DNA of 55,171 nucleotides, filler included, from Perkinsus olseni (Eukaryota): NCBI GenBank assembly GCA_013115125.1. It is 2 parts of 2 records of this genome, joined end to end, with 100 filler letters (N's around TTAATTAATTAA, not from the genome) between each part and the next. Parts side by side here need not be neighbours in the genome. Positions count along the whole stretch, not along the records: positions 1 to 27,545 come from JABANN010000463.1; 1 more part is not named here. One strand, 5' to 3'. Shown piece by piece: positions 12,801 to 23,299 of this stretch (position 1 is its first letter; each line of letters starts with the position of its first letter). The notes under the pieces were generated by a model. It saw only the letters and a program-made list of their open reading frames with translations, ran no database searches and was not told where the DNA came from. The position numbers and the translations under genes were made by a program.

Positions 12801-15553
12801 CAAACTCCTAAGAACTTTCACTCTACTCGGAGGGAATAGCTAGCCTGGTCTTCAGTGGTGTGCTTGACCTGTACGCTCATTGTGGTACGGGGAAGCTCTA
12901 CTCCATCTTGACGAAAGAGTAAGGACTTTGGTGGCCGAAGATGACAACGAACCTCCGGCCGAAAAACTTTTACATCGCCACTTGAGAATACATGGAAGCA
13001 ATACGGGAAGCTCATCCGTAAAAGAAGTGTAAAACCCGTAAAGAAAATTTTCCGTGATTTTCCAGCCATTTTCCGTGAAAATTCCGGCGATTTTTTCACT
13101 CGCCGCGTACAGATTCATCACTCAACAACTGCAACCCGCGGGATAGCTCCCCGTGAAGAACACAAATTCAGAATCACAGTCGCCGCTCCGCCATATTCTC
13201 GACTCGCGCTCAGACCATTCGATTGTCGAACAGAAATGTTCATCCATCCGGATGGGGACTCGCACTGAGCCAAGTGCGGGTAGTATTAGTCCATGGAATA
13301 CATGAACTCCGGATGGGATAAACTCAGTCCGGACAAATCAAACAATATAAGTCGGGATTTTTTGTAGAAAATTGAAATTTCCTCCAAAATTCTTTACAAG
13401 AACGAAAATCCAACTCTCGAAAATTTCAGGAGTAGAAAGTGCGTTCGCCCCGTCATTACAAAGGCGTCTGCTTATTAGAGTCCAAAGGGTCAACCTCAGC
13501 ACCCTTCTCCACCAGTAATTCACAAGTTGCCGTGTTCCCAACCAGAGCAGCGTAGAACAACGGGGTCTGCATCATCTGATCTTTGTGGTTGGCTTCCAGC
13601 CCGAACCTGAGCAAACCCATCTACAATACCACACCAATCACAACCAACGCGCTATCTGTGCTTGTATTAATGCTACGTTCGAAACGAAAAATTCATGCCT
13701 CACTCGCCCGAACTCTCCCGCGTCTTTAGAACGGCAAATACCACAAATGCGCAGTTACACTATTCGACTATGATACGGAACGGGAGACTAAGATTCACAA
13801 CCTGATGCAAAGAATCACTGGACTAGTCTCATAGTCTCTCCTATCGTCAATGGCGCTGGACCAAACCCGTCTCCTCAGTACTCATCCTCGCCTCACAAGG
13901 CGTCTTCTACTTCCCATCTACGTTATAGATAATATCCAACACGTTATGGTTGTACGAGCAGCATAAATGACAGACAGTCCGGCAAGTCCCTCAGCGACTG
14001 AAGGACTACACTCAAAGGAGAGGATGAATACACGAATATTCCCACACCGATGCGAGCCGCGCACCACTACCACAAAAAGATGGAGTTCCACCCACAACAT
14101 AAAACCAGTGAAAAACGCATTTCTCATCTTTTTGCGGTCTCTACTTTTCGAAGAACGGTACGTATTACGGGTGAAACTTCAATGAGCTCCCGAAACCTGT
14201 GCAAACTAAAGTGGCCCCTCTCTTCCCATCCCTACTCCTCGATAAGCCCCCTCGTCAATTCCCGTGCATCCTGATCAGGTTTCCGCTGCACTGCGTAATA
14301 CAAAGGAGTCTGTCCGTAGCCGTCAACGACGCTGGTCTTGCCATCATCAGCAAATAAGGCCCTCAGCCGGGCATACCTACATGACGAGCGTAGATGTTCT
14401 CTACGCCAATCGGACCCGCGTGCGGGCTTCACCCTCTGCGAACATGCACAAGGCGGATGTCAGATTGCTGCGTACTCAAATCGTCAGCTCTTTAGTTCGC
14501 GATGCGTTCTGACTTGGAAAATGTTAATTTCAAGTAAGTGTGATAGAAAACGAAAAAAATGAAAATATTGAGAAGGAAAAGAGAAAAGTTAAACATTGAC
14601 TGACTCAGCGACTGTGTATGAACACGAGCACATATTGGTATCGCTCCGCTCGATCATTTACAATAGAGATAGCTGGGAAAGAAACTTGATGTGTTTCAGG
14701 ACTCAGGCGATCCGATGTGGATGAGGTGAGAGGGTCAACGTGAGCGACGGACGACGCCCAGCGGCATCGACCAACAGCAGGAAAAACCGGTACGGCAAGC
14801 CGCTGGTTCGACCAACGAAAGCGTTGCTTTTCCCCGAAGGTGACTGTGGCTTCGAGCATCTTTCTATTGTGAACCAGCTCACTCGCACCTTCAGACTTTA
14901 GTTATCTCATCTTCATGATGAGCCATATTGAGTGCATTTACTGTACAAACTGATCGGATGAGGCCCTGCTAACTTGATGAATTCACATCAACCCGTGTGA
15001 AGTCAAAATCGTTGCCAAGTCTCGACTGTAATTCACCGTTGATCTACACGATCTCATTTAATATCGTAGATTTTACAAGTTCGTAAACGTACTTGAATTG
15101 TCCAGCATCACTGGCAAGAACTCCCGCGCAGGACACTTCAACAGTCCCCCTCCCGCCCATAGTACGCATTTTCAATCTCGCCTTTTTGACAGGCATGGTT
15201 GGCCTGAGTGAGGAGAGTCATTTTCAGTCGGATGGACACTAACACTGAGTCTGACAGCAGCAGGCGCCCCCAGTCAGCTTCGGCCTTCCAAAAATCAACG
15301 GACTGCCACTTGACAACACACGCCCATCTGTGACTCACACGTTACTCCCAAAGAATTCCCTAGAAATAAGATCACCGACCAAACTACTGTGCTTGAGCTG
15401 TGAAGACGACACACTCGAAAAGCAGTTACAATACCACACGTCCTGGTTCTCAAGACAGAGGGTCTCCGGAACTAGAAGGGAAACGATCGTGGCTGGTGGA
15501 GGGGCACTACCATGGTCAACATGAAAAAGTCGCTGATAGGACATAGTGTCCAT
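9854..15553 (-). CDS. BDP1: Ankyrin-repeat plus bromodomain protein (apicomplexan BDP1-like), multi-exon, ends approximate
   Basis: Ankyrin motifs DGYGQTPLYYAVQRK, FYAVREGHIHCTRALV..DHTGQ|PPLFYAAREN; linker RKKYRLVYK..EEFERKYPDIAVWEKN|API; bromodomain WQQLAKQLV..IFLKPVDPVKDECSDYFTVVKHPMDFGT|IRKKL..DCDLVFTNCALYN with the conserved Asn. Confidence 0.85.
11525..11572 (-). pseudogene. tRNA-like fragment at the 3' end of BDP1 intron 11519-11880
   Basis: ..GGAGGTGGCCGGTTCAAGTCCCACAGCATTCA then TTTTAG; the intron joins EKN|APISFG in frame. Confidence 0.55.
11981..12015 (-). pseudogene. tRNA 3' half inside a 53-nt BDP1 intron (11974-12026)
   Basis: Variable loop AGGTC, T-arm CCGGG-TTCGATC-CTCGG, then CGCTGACC and TTTTCAG; removing the intron joins KGDG|ATANSGGAMVTVEQ in frame. 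Confidence 0.72.
12591..12622 (-). pseudogene. tRNA 3' half near the 5' end of BDP1 intron 12456-12634
   Basis: GGAGGTATCGGGTTCGAATCCTGGCAGCGGCA: T-stem TCGGG/CCTGG, 7-nt acceptor strand CAGCGGC, discriminator A. Confidence 0.68.
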
Positions 15554-16387
15554 GACTAGGACGATTCAGAATCTTGAGCCTCAAGATTCTGAATTGCTAT
15601 CATTCCTATCGCCTCAAGACTTGAGGATCGATTCATAGCTATCACAAATTCGTGTGGAAAGGCACTTACGAACATCGACGTGGCTGACGAAAGAGGGACG
15701 AAAGAAGAAACAGAACGCGATGAGACTAGCCCAGCGGGTTTTTATTTACCGACTCGCAACCGTTTAACGCTGATGGGAGGAGTCCGGAGGGGAACAGGGT
15801 CGTAGAGAAAGTGCACGTGCGTTAGCACGCATGAAAATAACGACTAATAGAGCGTCGAGTACAAGTAGTGTTGTAGCAAGCCGTGACAGAGATCTCCCCA
15901 GAGTCGCGAGCAGCAGGGCGATGAGGCAGAGTAACTGACCACGGTTACCAGTGTTGACCAGACACTACATTACTCTGCACATCACCCTGAGAAGCATCTA
16001 ATCAGTCGGTGAGCTTCACTGGTAAAGTAAGTCACCACAGTGGTAATGCCGTTTAACCACAATGGCATTACTATAACCACTTGCCGACCCTACAGCTCCT
16101 ACCACGTCGTGGCCACCTGGTTAATAGGAAGGACACGAGATAGTTCACAATGCTCATGCTACGCTCATCATGCGGCTCATGAACCCTAGATCAGCACACG
16201 TCCGCAAGGCACTACCAATGAGAAGCTTTCGGACATGTCAGACATCCGATCCATCGGTTGTGAGTTGGTCGCAAGATTTTCGAGTGCGGGCAAAATCGAT
16301 CATCTGGGCGAGCGCATACTACATGAGCACGTCTAGTTCGCTCGCCATCACCTTTCGGATGGTTTACCGTCTATCGTGAGCTCACAA

Positions 16388-19300
16388 TGACCGCTGTTAA
16401 TATGACGTACCTGTTCGGCACCGAGGCCTATCTTGGGTGTATTACCGCGGACAGAGCCGAGGCCGATGAAGCCGAGCTCAGGTCTCAAGCGATGGACTAC
16501 ATCAACAACTTCAAGGAGAATCTTTGGTGAGCTCGACTGCGATGAGCGTATCTTTAGTCGAGTATCTTTTCAGGTCGGAAGATCCCATCGTCACCATCGT
16601 TGCGGGCGAGCAGCTTCGCGAGGGCGACATCGTTGATACTGTTAATGCCTTCGGTAGGGTGGTCTTCCTCGTCTCTTTGTCGAGGGTTGCTCTCAGGCAA
16701 GGTCAACGGCAAGCAAATTCTAGCCACTCAGGCTGTTATGGACCAGGTTGTTAAGCACCTCGAGGCTCTCACAGGTGGGTAGGTTCAAGTCATGCTTCTG
16801 TCACTCGTGTCGCCTCTCAGCTTCCTCCTCGCCTGTTGATCTTCGTGAACCGATGCGCAAGGTTGAGCAGAAGTTCTTATCCGGTCCCGGAGCTGGTGCG
16901 ATCATCGGCGCTCAAGCGATCGACTTCCAGAAGCAGGATGGTACGGGCTCACCACCATTGGTTGCTGGGTTCATCTCTTTTCAGGTGTGACCGAGATTGT
17001 CGAGTCCGTCGAGGCCAACGCTGTCGAGAGGCGCTTCAATGATGCTCTTTTCGAGGATGAGAAGAAGGGAGGTCCGTCAGGCGTTGTAGTCGTCAGTGTC
17101 AGCTACATTCCTTCAGACGTGAGGATCCGCCGTTACCCAGCGTTCGTGGGCTGCGTCAGTAACTTCACTAACTTCCTCGATCTCTTCCGGAAGTCCATCC
17201 GTAACATCGAGCTCGGGGTGAGTGCTCAGTTGAAGCCTGTCGTCGTTATGAGCGCTTCTCTGTCAGGTACCTGTGGTGGTGATGTCGAGGGGCAACACTT
17301 CACAGCACATGTTCAGATGGTGCCAACTCTTGCTGCAGATGATGCTTGAGCAAGGTGTGGATACCAAATACCTTACGTAAGCTTACCAACTTTCCCCCAC
17401 TTCTCCTTGTCCGGTGGTCGAGTTGTATTCTGTATTTCTGATAGGTTCGTGTCCTGTGGTGTTGAAGAGCAACGTAAACTCTATCAAGCCTTCCCGAAGT
17501 CCCCGATGTACTTCACGGGCTCGAGGGTTATCGCTGAGAGAATCAAGCCCATCGTTGGTAAGGCATCTGATGATCATTCGTCGAGATGTGCGCCTTTCAA
17601 GTCGTAGTTCCCTAGGCTCTATGATGGCTTCTACTGGCGGACCAAACACGATGATCGCGACAGCGTTCAACAGCAAGGTCGCCGAAGCTGCTCGGGTCAG
17701 CAATTGTAAGCTTGGGCGTATTTGCAACACCAGTTGTGATTTTCTGCCCTCCCGTTGGTCTAGCAGGGGTAACTGCAGTAGTTGCGTATCAGGTATTGAG
17801 AATAAGGGCCAATGCACGGCCCTGCGCCACTTGGTAGTTCCAAAGATCACTAAAGAGGACGTGGCTGCCATGTAAGTTGAGTATATCCACCTTAAGTTTT
17901 CAGAGGCCTTTTCTCGAGATACGCCGGCCTACCTGTTTTCGGTAATGCCGCTGAGGCTTTGGCAAAGGGCGAGTGCAGCGCGTTGCTGAGCAACTCGACC
18001 GAAGGGCCCCTCCTCGATGGCTATGAAGTAAACGACGGCTGCTTCTCGCAGTTGTTTTATGCTTCTTGCGTTCTCCATTCAGGCACTTCGGCAGAATCCG
18101 CGAGTGGCAATTAGGATGGGCTTTTCCCCACCCACTGATATCAACGAGCAATGGAGAGAATGCTTCTTGGATGTGACCAGTCCTGAGGTGAGGAGCCTCT
18201 TCTGATCTCTCGTGGACTCCGGCGGTTCCTCAGACCGTTGACGATGCCACTGTAGCGTCCTTGGCCAAGTGGTTGAATACAAACCAGCCGATTTCGGTTG
18301 CAGTGAATGCGGATGATGGTGGGGATCTCGCCATGAAAGTGTTCGAGTCCACTTCAGTTGTCGTGTAAGTTTCCGTTGTTGCCACTGCTCGTCGAGCAGT
18401 TTGGATTCAGCTGGTATGTCCATTCAGGTATACGCTAGGCTCGTTGGTGCATCCGGCGTTGACAGCTCAGGCGAGACCCCAGGACGGAGAGTGTTTCGGA
18501 GAGTTTCCGCCCAGAAGGGACTTGAACAAGTACCAGGCGCTTCTTCGGTCACCTCTTCCTCTTCGCCTGTCCGAGGTACACAACTTTCCCGGTTATCATC
18601 CCGAGCAGCACACCGGGGTACCAATCTCAGTACACGGTGGAGTAAGTGTGGCTGGAATGGTCCTTCTGGTTGTATGTCGGTCTACGTCGCAGGTTTTTGA
18701 AGGCCCGGGCGTCCGAGTCTCACGGAGAGTACGAGTCGTATCTTCAGCTGGCCTCTGATGAGGTAGGCAGGATTTGAGGTTGACTGGGTGAGGGCATCTT
18801 TCGATCAATCTTCGGGGTCAGTTGAAGTTTTATTGCTGTTCCTGGTAAAATCGAAAGTAAATTGAGAGCAGCTCGACGGGGTGGTCCGCAGAGGCGTTGC
18901 TGAACCGTTTGGAGAATCGGAGCTTCGATAGAAGATGTGGGCGAAGTGTGGTATAGTCTTCCGTCCAATCTTCGAAGGCAGCTGAAGTCTCGCTGCATTC
19001 GGTAAACCGGAAGTATAATAGTGGGACTGAACTACTGGATGATTTGCCCAAGGCATAGCATTCTCATCCTGTTTGTGCCTCGTACAGTTTCCTGCTCGAC
19101 GCCGCGTCGGCCCGGATGTAGTGCATCATGCCTCTCTCTCAGGTGCTGAAGGGCTACATGGCTGTCGTTGTTGAGTATTTAGTCGCTGCTTGCGGCCCTA
19201 AGAGGAGCCGTCAAAGTGGACCACGTAAGCACAGTAGCTCGGTGCCATCGACGCGCTCGTACTCTCCGAGTGTGACTATTCTTGTTGCTCAGGTACTGCT

Positions 19301-19393
19301 CTCTTCGGTCTGCAGCGTCCCCCGATAATATCGGGGTTCGACACGGTCATGCGCTGTGATAAGAACACCACCGTGGATGAGATCCTATTGTGA
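16388..19393 (+). CDS. Divergent aldehyde dehydrogenase-fold protein, multi-exon, start uncertain
   Basis: ALDH motifs in order: [15 protein letters not shown] (NAD-binding FTGS), [12 protein letters not shown] (ELGGKxP equivalent), [15 protein letters not shown] (catalytic Cys loop). Continues through [18 protein letters not shown] to ..TTVDEILL*. Confidence 0.7.
16779..16803 (+). pseudogene. tRNA-Leu/Ser-like 3' end inside a 46-nt intron (16775-16820)
   Basis: GTAGG-TTCAAGT-CATGC-TTCTGTC-A has exact T-arm + acceptor strand + discriminator spacing. Confidence 0.6.
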
Positions 19394-19689
19394 GTGAAGA
19401 CTTTGAATGGGATGCTTCCGTAGCAATCTTAGTGGCAAACGAAAGTTAACGTTTGTCGCTGTAAAATCGGAAGTAAAGCAAAAGCGGGGTTATTGGCGAA
19501 CTCGGGACCGAGTAGTTATGTCCTGGAGCCAGATGAGATACCGCTGACAATGTGGCGTCTGCCTACTGAATATTGGTATTGGAATTGATCGACCGAGCTG
19601 AGACTGTATAGTACTGCTGTATATAGCGCGCGGCCGAATCATCCATTCTACTCGACTCTGCTAACTCGTGTGCCACCTCAGTTTGCATG

Positions 19690-20772
19690 ATGCTCAGGTT
19701 CGCTCTCCCCTTCGTGTTAACTAATGCAAAATCACAGTTTGTGATATCGCTCCCGACTGACGTCAAAGTTGACTTGTCAGAGTTTCGAAAGGTCGTTGGA
19801 GATGAAGTGCGGATTATCAGAGAGAGCGATGACGAGCTGCAGGCGAGAAAGGACCAGTTGTGAGTGGGGCTTGTGTCGCACCGCAGCTCTCGATTATCCC
19901 ATCTGCTGGGCTTCAACCTGGATTGGATTATAGTAACCGATTTCTTGTGACCGGGGGAATCGTTAACCGTCAGTTGTGGCGTTGGCAACGAAGGGAGGTG
20001 TTATCGTCTTCCTGATGCGTTCAGGTATAATGTTTACAAGCCGGCCTTCCCCGACGGGAACTGCTGTCCGCTGGCGTCACATTTCGTGTCTGTTTATTTG
20101 CCGATGGGCCATATCAAGTCGGTACAGCCGAATGATGAGAAGTTCGAGAAGAAGTTCAGAGATTCACGTGAGTTGGGCCTTCGGGAGAATTTGCCGAATC
20201 TTGTGCAGTGTTGCTCTTCGCCGACGCTCCAATGGGGATCCTCCTGTCTCGTTTTCAGGAAAATGGTTGGCCATGGCGAATTTGAGTTGCTGATTTGGTA
20301 TGGTATAAGTTTATAACTACTTATGATTAGGTGTTGATGCGAGTACATGATCTTATTTTATTTTTTGTGGTTTCTGAACATCCTGACAAGTGTTGGGTTA
20401 TGTGCAGTTAGCGCTACTACCTGCGAGATACTCTATGATTTGGTTTCGAGTACACTTGAGACGCTCTTCTGTCGGCTTGACCCTTATTTTAGCGCAATGC
20501 ATTGCGAGCGAAGGGTATGGGTGACGGGCTGAGAGGCGACTGCGTTTATTCACTCAGTGGAGATGAGCAATAGCTCTTCTTTTCGGTACCTTCTCCCATT
20601 GGATGTGGGGCTGCTTGAGAGCATGCCCGAAGTTTTGAATCGAGCCAACATCAAAAGATTGGGTGGTCTCCACGTAGCTATCCCACACAAAGTGAGAGTC
20701 CTTCAGTGTGAAGTTTATACTTCTCAAGCGGGCCTTGACTTTAAGATCCAGCACGTCTGTCCATTCGGGTGA
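19690..20772 (+). CDS. Hypothetical multi-exon protein
   Basis: Several open segments bounded by splice sites (VDLSEFRKVVGDEVRIIRESDDELQ; GHIKSVQPNDEKFEKKFRD; RYLLPLDVGLLESMPEVL..HVCPFG*). No family recognised. Confidence 0.35.
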
Positions 20773-21220
20773 TGATAGCCGGACGCAATGGTTGTAGCTT
20801 CCCGTTCCGAGTTTCGAGCGCAGCTGTTTTCCGACTTCTCAGCCTTGCGTATCGAGTTTCGCTGGTGAGCGAATAGACGTTCAGGGCTTGCCAGGGAGAA
20901 GCACGTTGTCGTTGCCCTCCATAATGGAGCCTCAGGCTCCATTGATTAGCCCCTCGGCGTCTCCGTGTATTCTTTGGGATTCTCTCTTACCAGTGCCCTC
21001 AAGATTGCAAGGTAGGCTGGGAGACGAGACGTGCGGGCGAGGATGCACATTCGTTGGAGCTCCCCGTCATTTCCTAAGCCTCTGGAATACTTTTCTAAAC
21101 CCGTCCACAAAATTATATCACATGAAGTTTGTTTCTAATTTCTCCGTAGCGATTGTGACTCAGGGCCCGAAACTTGGTGTATGAACTCATCTGGCCTTGA
21201 GAACGAGTGAACGAGTGACC

Positions 21221-22405
21221 ATGGAGAAAGCGCTCCCGGTGAAGTGGTATTCGTATGACATAGTTTACACTCTCACCAGATTAGGGTCTCGGGCCATCGA
21301 GGGCGATGCGAGGTGCTTTCATGTTGCACCTCGAGACGGGCTATCCTTATTTGCTAGGAGACTCTACAGAAGCCTGAGGCAACTTCGGAAGGAGAACCCT
21401 GGTCGATACCCCGGATCCCAGCTCATCTTCTGTTACACCAAACTCGGACTCATGGTCGGCATCGGCGCGGAGAAGAAGGGGAGCAACCGTTGGGGTGCTA
21501 CTCGTTACGCTTTCCGGATAGATCTCCCAGGATCAACACCCACCTATGATGACATCTGCCGAGTCGCACCGTCGATAACGTCACGACAGAAGAGAGCGCG
21601 GAAGAGGAAATGTCGCGATAGAGAGCAGGAGTCGGCCGGTGATGCTGGCCTCTACCATGCAAGGGATGCCGCTGGCAACTATGCGGGTGCTGACCTGCCG
21701 TCCTCGTCCTTCGATGCTTCAAATTTCGAAATCCGACATAATGGAGCGTATGATTCTTCTTGGGACTTTGCCCGGTCTTTAGTCGATTCCTCGGGCTTCG
21801 CTCCAGTTGAAGGGCGTGCTGATGAGAATCATCATCATGTGATAGAGACGGGGGGGCCCATAACAAGTGCGGACGTTCCCATATTGCATCCCGAGTTTGA
21901 AGATCAATGGCCTGGGGCCGAGGTTCGGTCGAAGCTCGAGCGAGCCTCGACCTACGAGGAGTGGGTCGAAGCTCTACTCGGAGCGCCAGACCCCGAACAG
22001 CCCGAGAGGCGTACTGGTGAGCATCACCATTCAGAGAGAGGGAGTTCCTCTGCAAGTGTGGATGATCTTCAATTTCCCTTCGAGTTTGATGATCTGTGGC
22101 CTGATCCGGAGGCTCGCTCTAACGATGAGTGGGTTGAGGCTATCTTTGATTCGGCAGGGTCCGTCCAATCGGCGGCGCACACTGCTGAACATCATCATGA
22201 GATAGACGGGGGAAGTACCACTGAGGATGAGGAAGATCTTTCACTGCCCTTCGAGCTTGAAGATCTGTGGCCTGAGGCCGAGGATCGTTCGAGCGAGGCG
22301 CAGTTGATCAGAGCCTTCCTTGCTTTTCCAGAGGCCTCCAATCCGCCTCCACCCGCTGTATTGCCAACAGGAGAGTTGGAGGAAAACTCATCATCGAGGA
22401 GCTGA
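21221..22405 (+). CDS. Intronless ~394-aa hypothetical protein with a basic NLS-like patch and three acidic repeats
   Basis: Long ORF from ATG 21221; RQKRARKRKCR; repeats PEFEDQWPGAEVRS / PFEFDDLWPDPEARS / PFELEDLWPEAEDRS, each preceded by HHH. Confidence 0.75.
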   Translation: MEKALPVKWYSYDIVYTLTRLGSRAIEGDARCFHVAPRDGLSLFARRLYRSLRQLRKENPGRYPGSQLIFCYTKLGLMVGIGAEKKGSNRWGATRYAFRIDLPGSTPTYDDICRVAPSITSRQKRARKRKCRDREQESAGDAGLYHARDAAGNYAGADLPSSSFDASNFEIRHNGAYDSSWDFARSLVDSSGFAPVEGRADENHHHVIETGGPITSADVPILHPEFEDQWPGAEVRSKLERASTYEEWVEALLGAPDPEQPERRTGEHHHSERGSSSASVDDLQFPFEFDDLWPDPEARSNDEWVEAIFDSAGSVQSAAHTAEHHHEIDGGSTTEDEEDLSLPFELEDLWPEAEDRSSEAQLIRAFLAFPEASNPPPPAVLPTGELEENSSSRS

Positions 22406-23139
22406 TGAGGTGTCGTCCACCTCGACGAGTATACCCGATGGAGAGAGGCTCATCTTGAATTTGTGATGAGGCAGGCGGGGGACGCTCGCTGGCATTCGGC
22501 ATCAACTCTTGGAACATCGGATCTGACTCGCTAGGATTGATCGCAGCTTGTCGTACGACTCACGAGCTCATCGGTGCCTGTTAACAAGCGTAGTTTGCGG
22601 TTTTGAGAAGAGGGCTTCACTACGGAAGGAGCGGCTTCCCAAATTCTTCTGTTCTCAAGCATGCACCTTTATGAATTGATTTTATGTGATGACAGTGTTG
22701 ATGTCTTGGATGTTGAATGAAGGGTTTGTGTTCGCAGCCACTGATGGTCGGCTCTTAATGCTTCCCCCTCTCAGGCTTTCTCTCGAGTGCCACGCTCGTA
22801 GAGCGTAACGAACTGGATTTCCGGTACGTTGTGAGGTTAGGACTCCTAACTTAGAGGAAATAATTCCATCACAAGAGTACAGTGTGTTCATGTTCACTCT
22901 GAATTATGGCAAGTTCACTTGACGAGGCTGCAGTGCAGAAACGTCTCGGAGGCTCGACAGCTATCCTGGCTATGTCAGGCATGTGGTTGATGTTTCTCGC
23001 GGGAGGCATGTAATAAGGGAGCTCGGCAATGAGTCTCGCTTGGTCGTAATGCAATCTGTCTGAATCACTGATAGAGGTTCCCCATGTCGGCCCTAGCTCA
23101 CTGAGAGGTCTTCAATCTCAAATATAGAACTCCGTCCGA

Positions 23140-23174
23140 GGTTGGTGAGGGGATGACTCATCCCCTCACCAACC
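23140..23174. repeat. Perfect 17-bp-arm palindrome with 1-nt centre near the 5' end of GPR89
   Basis: ggttggtgaggggatga-c-tcatcccctcaccaacc. Confidence 0.9.
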
Positions 23175-23299
23175 CGGATGAGAGAGGGCATTGCTTCGTC
23201 TTGGGGATGTTGGACGAGCAAATGCTGGGCTCAGAATCATCACAGGATTGATACTGGATTCAATACGTTGCACTGGAAACCCTCTCCCTTCCCGGCACC

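Noticed and set aside
16362-16407. Possible non-canonical GT-CG intron at the ALDH 5' end
   Set aside because: In-frame ATGs at 16388 and just downstream explain the frame without it; needs cDNA.
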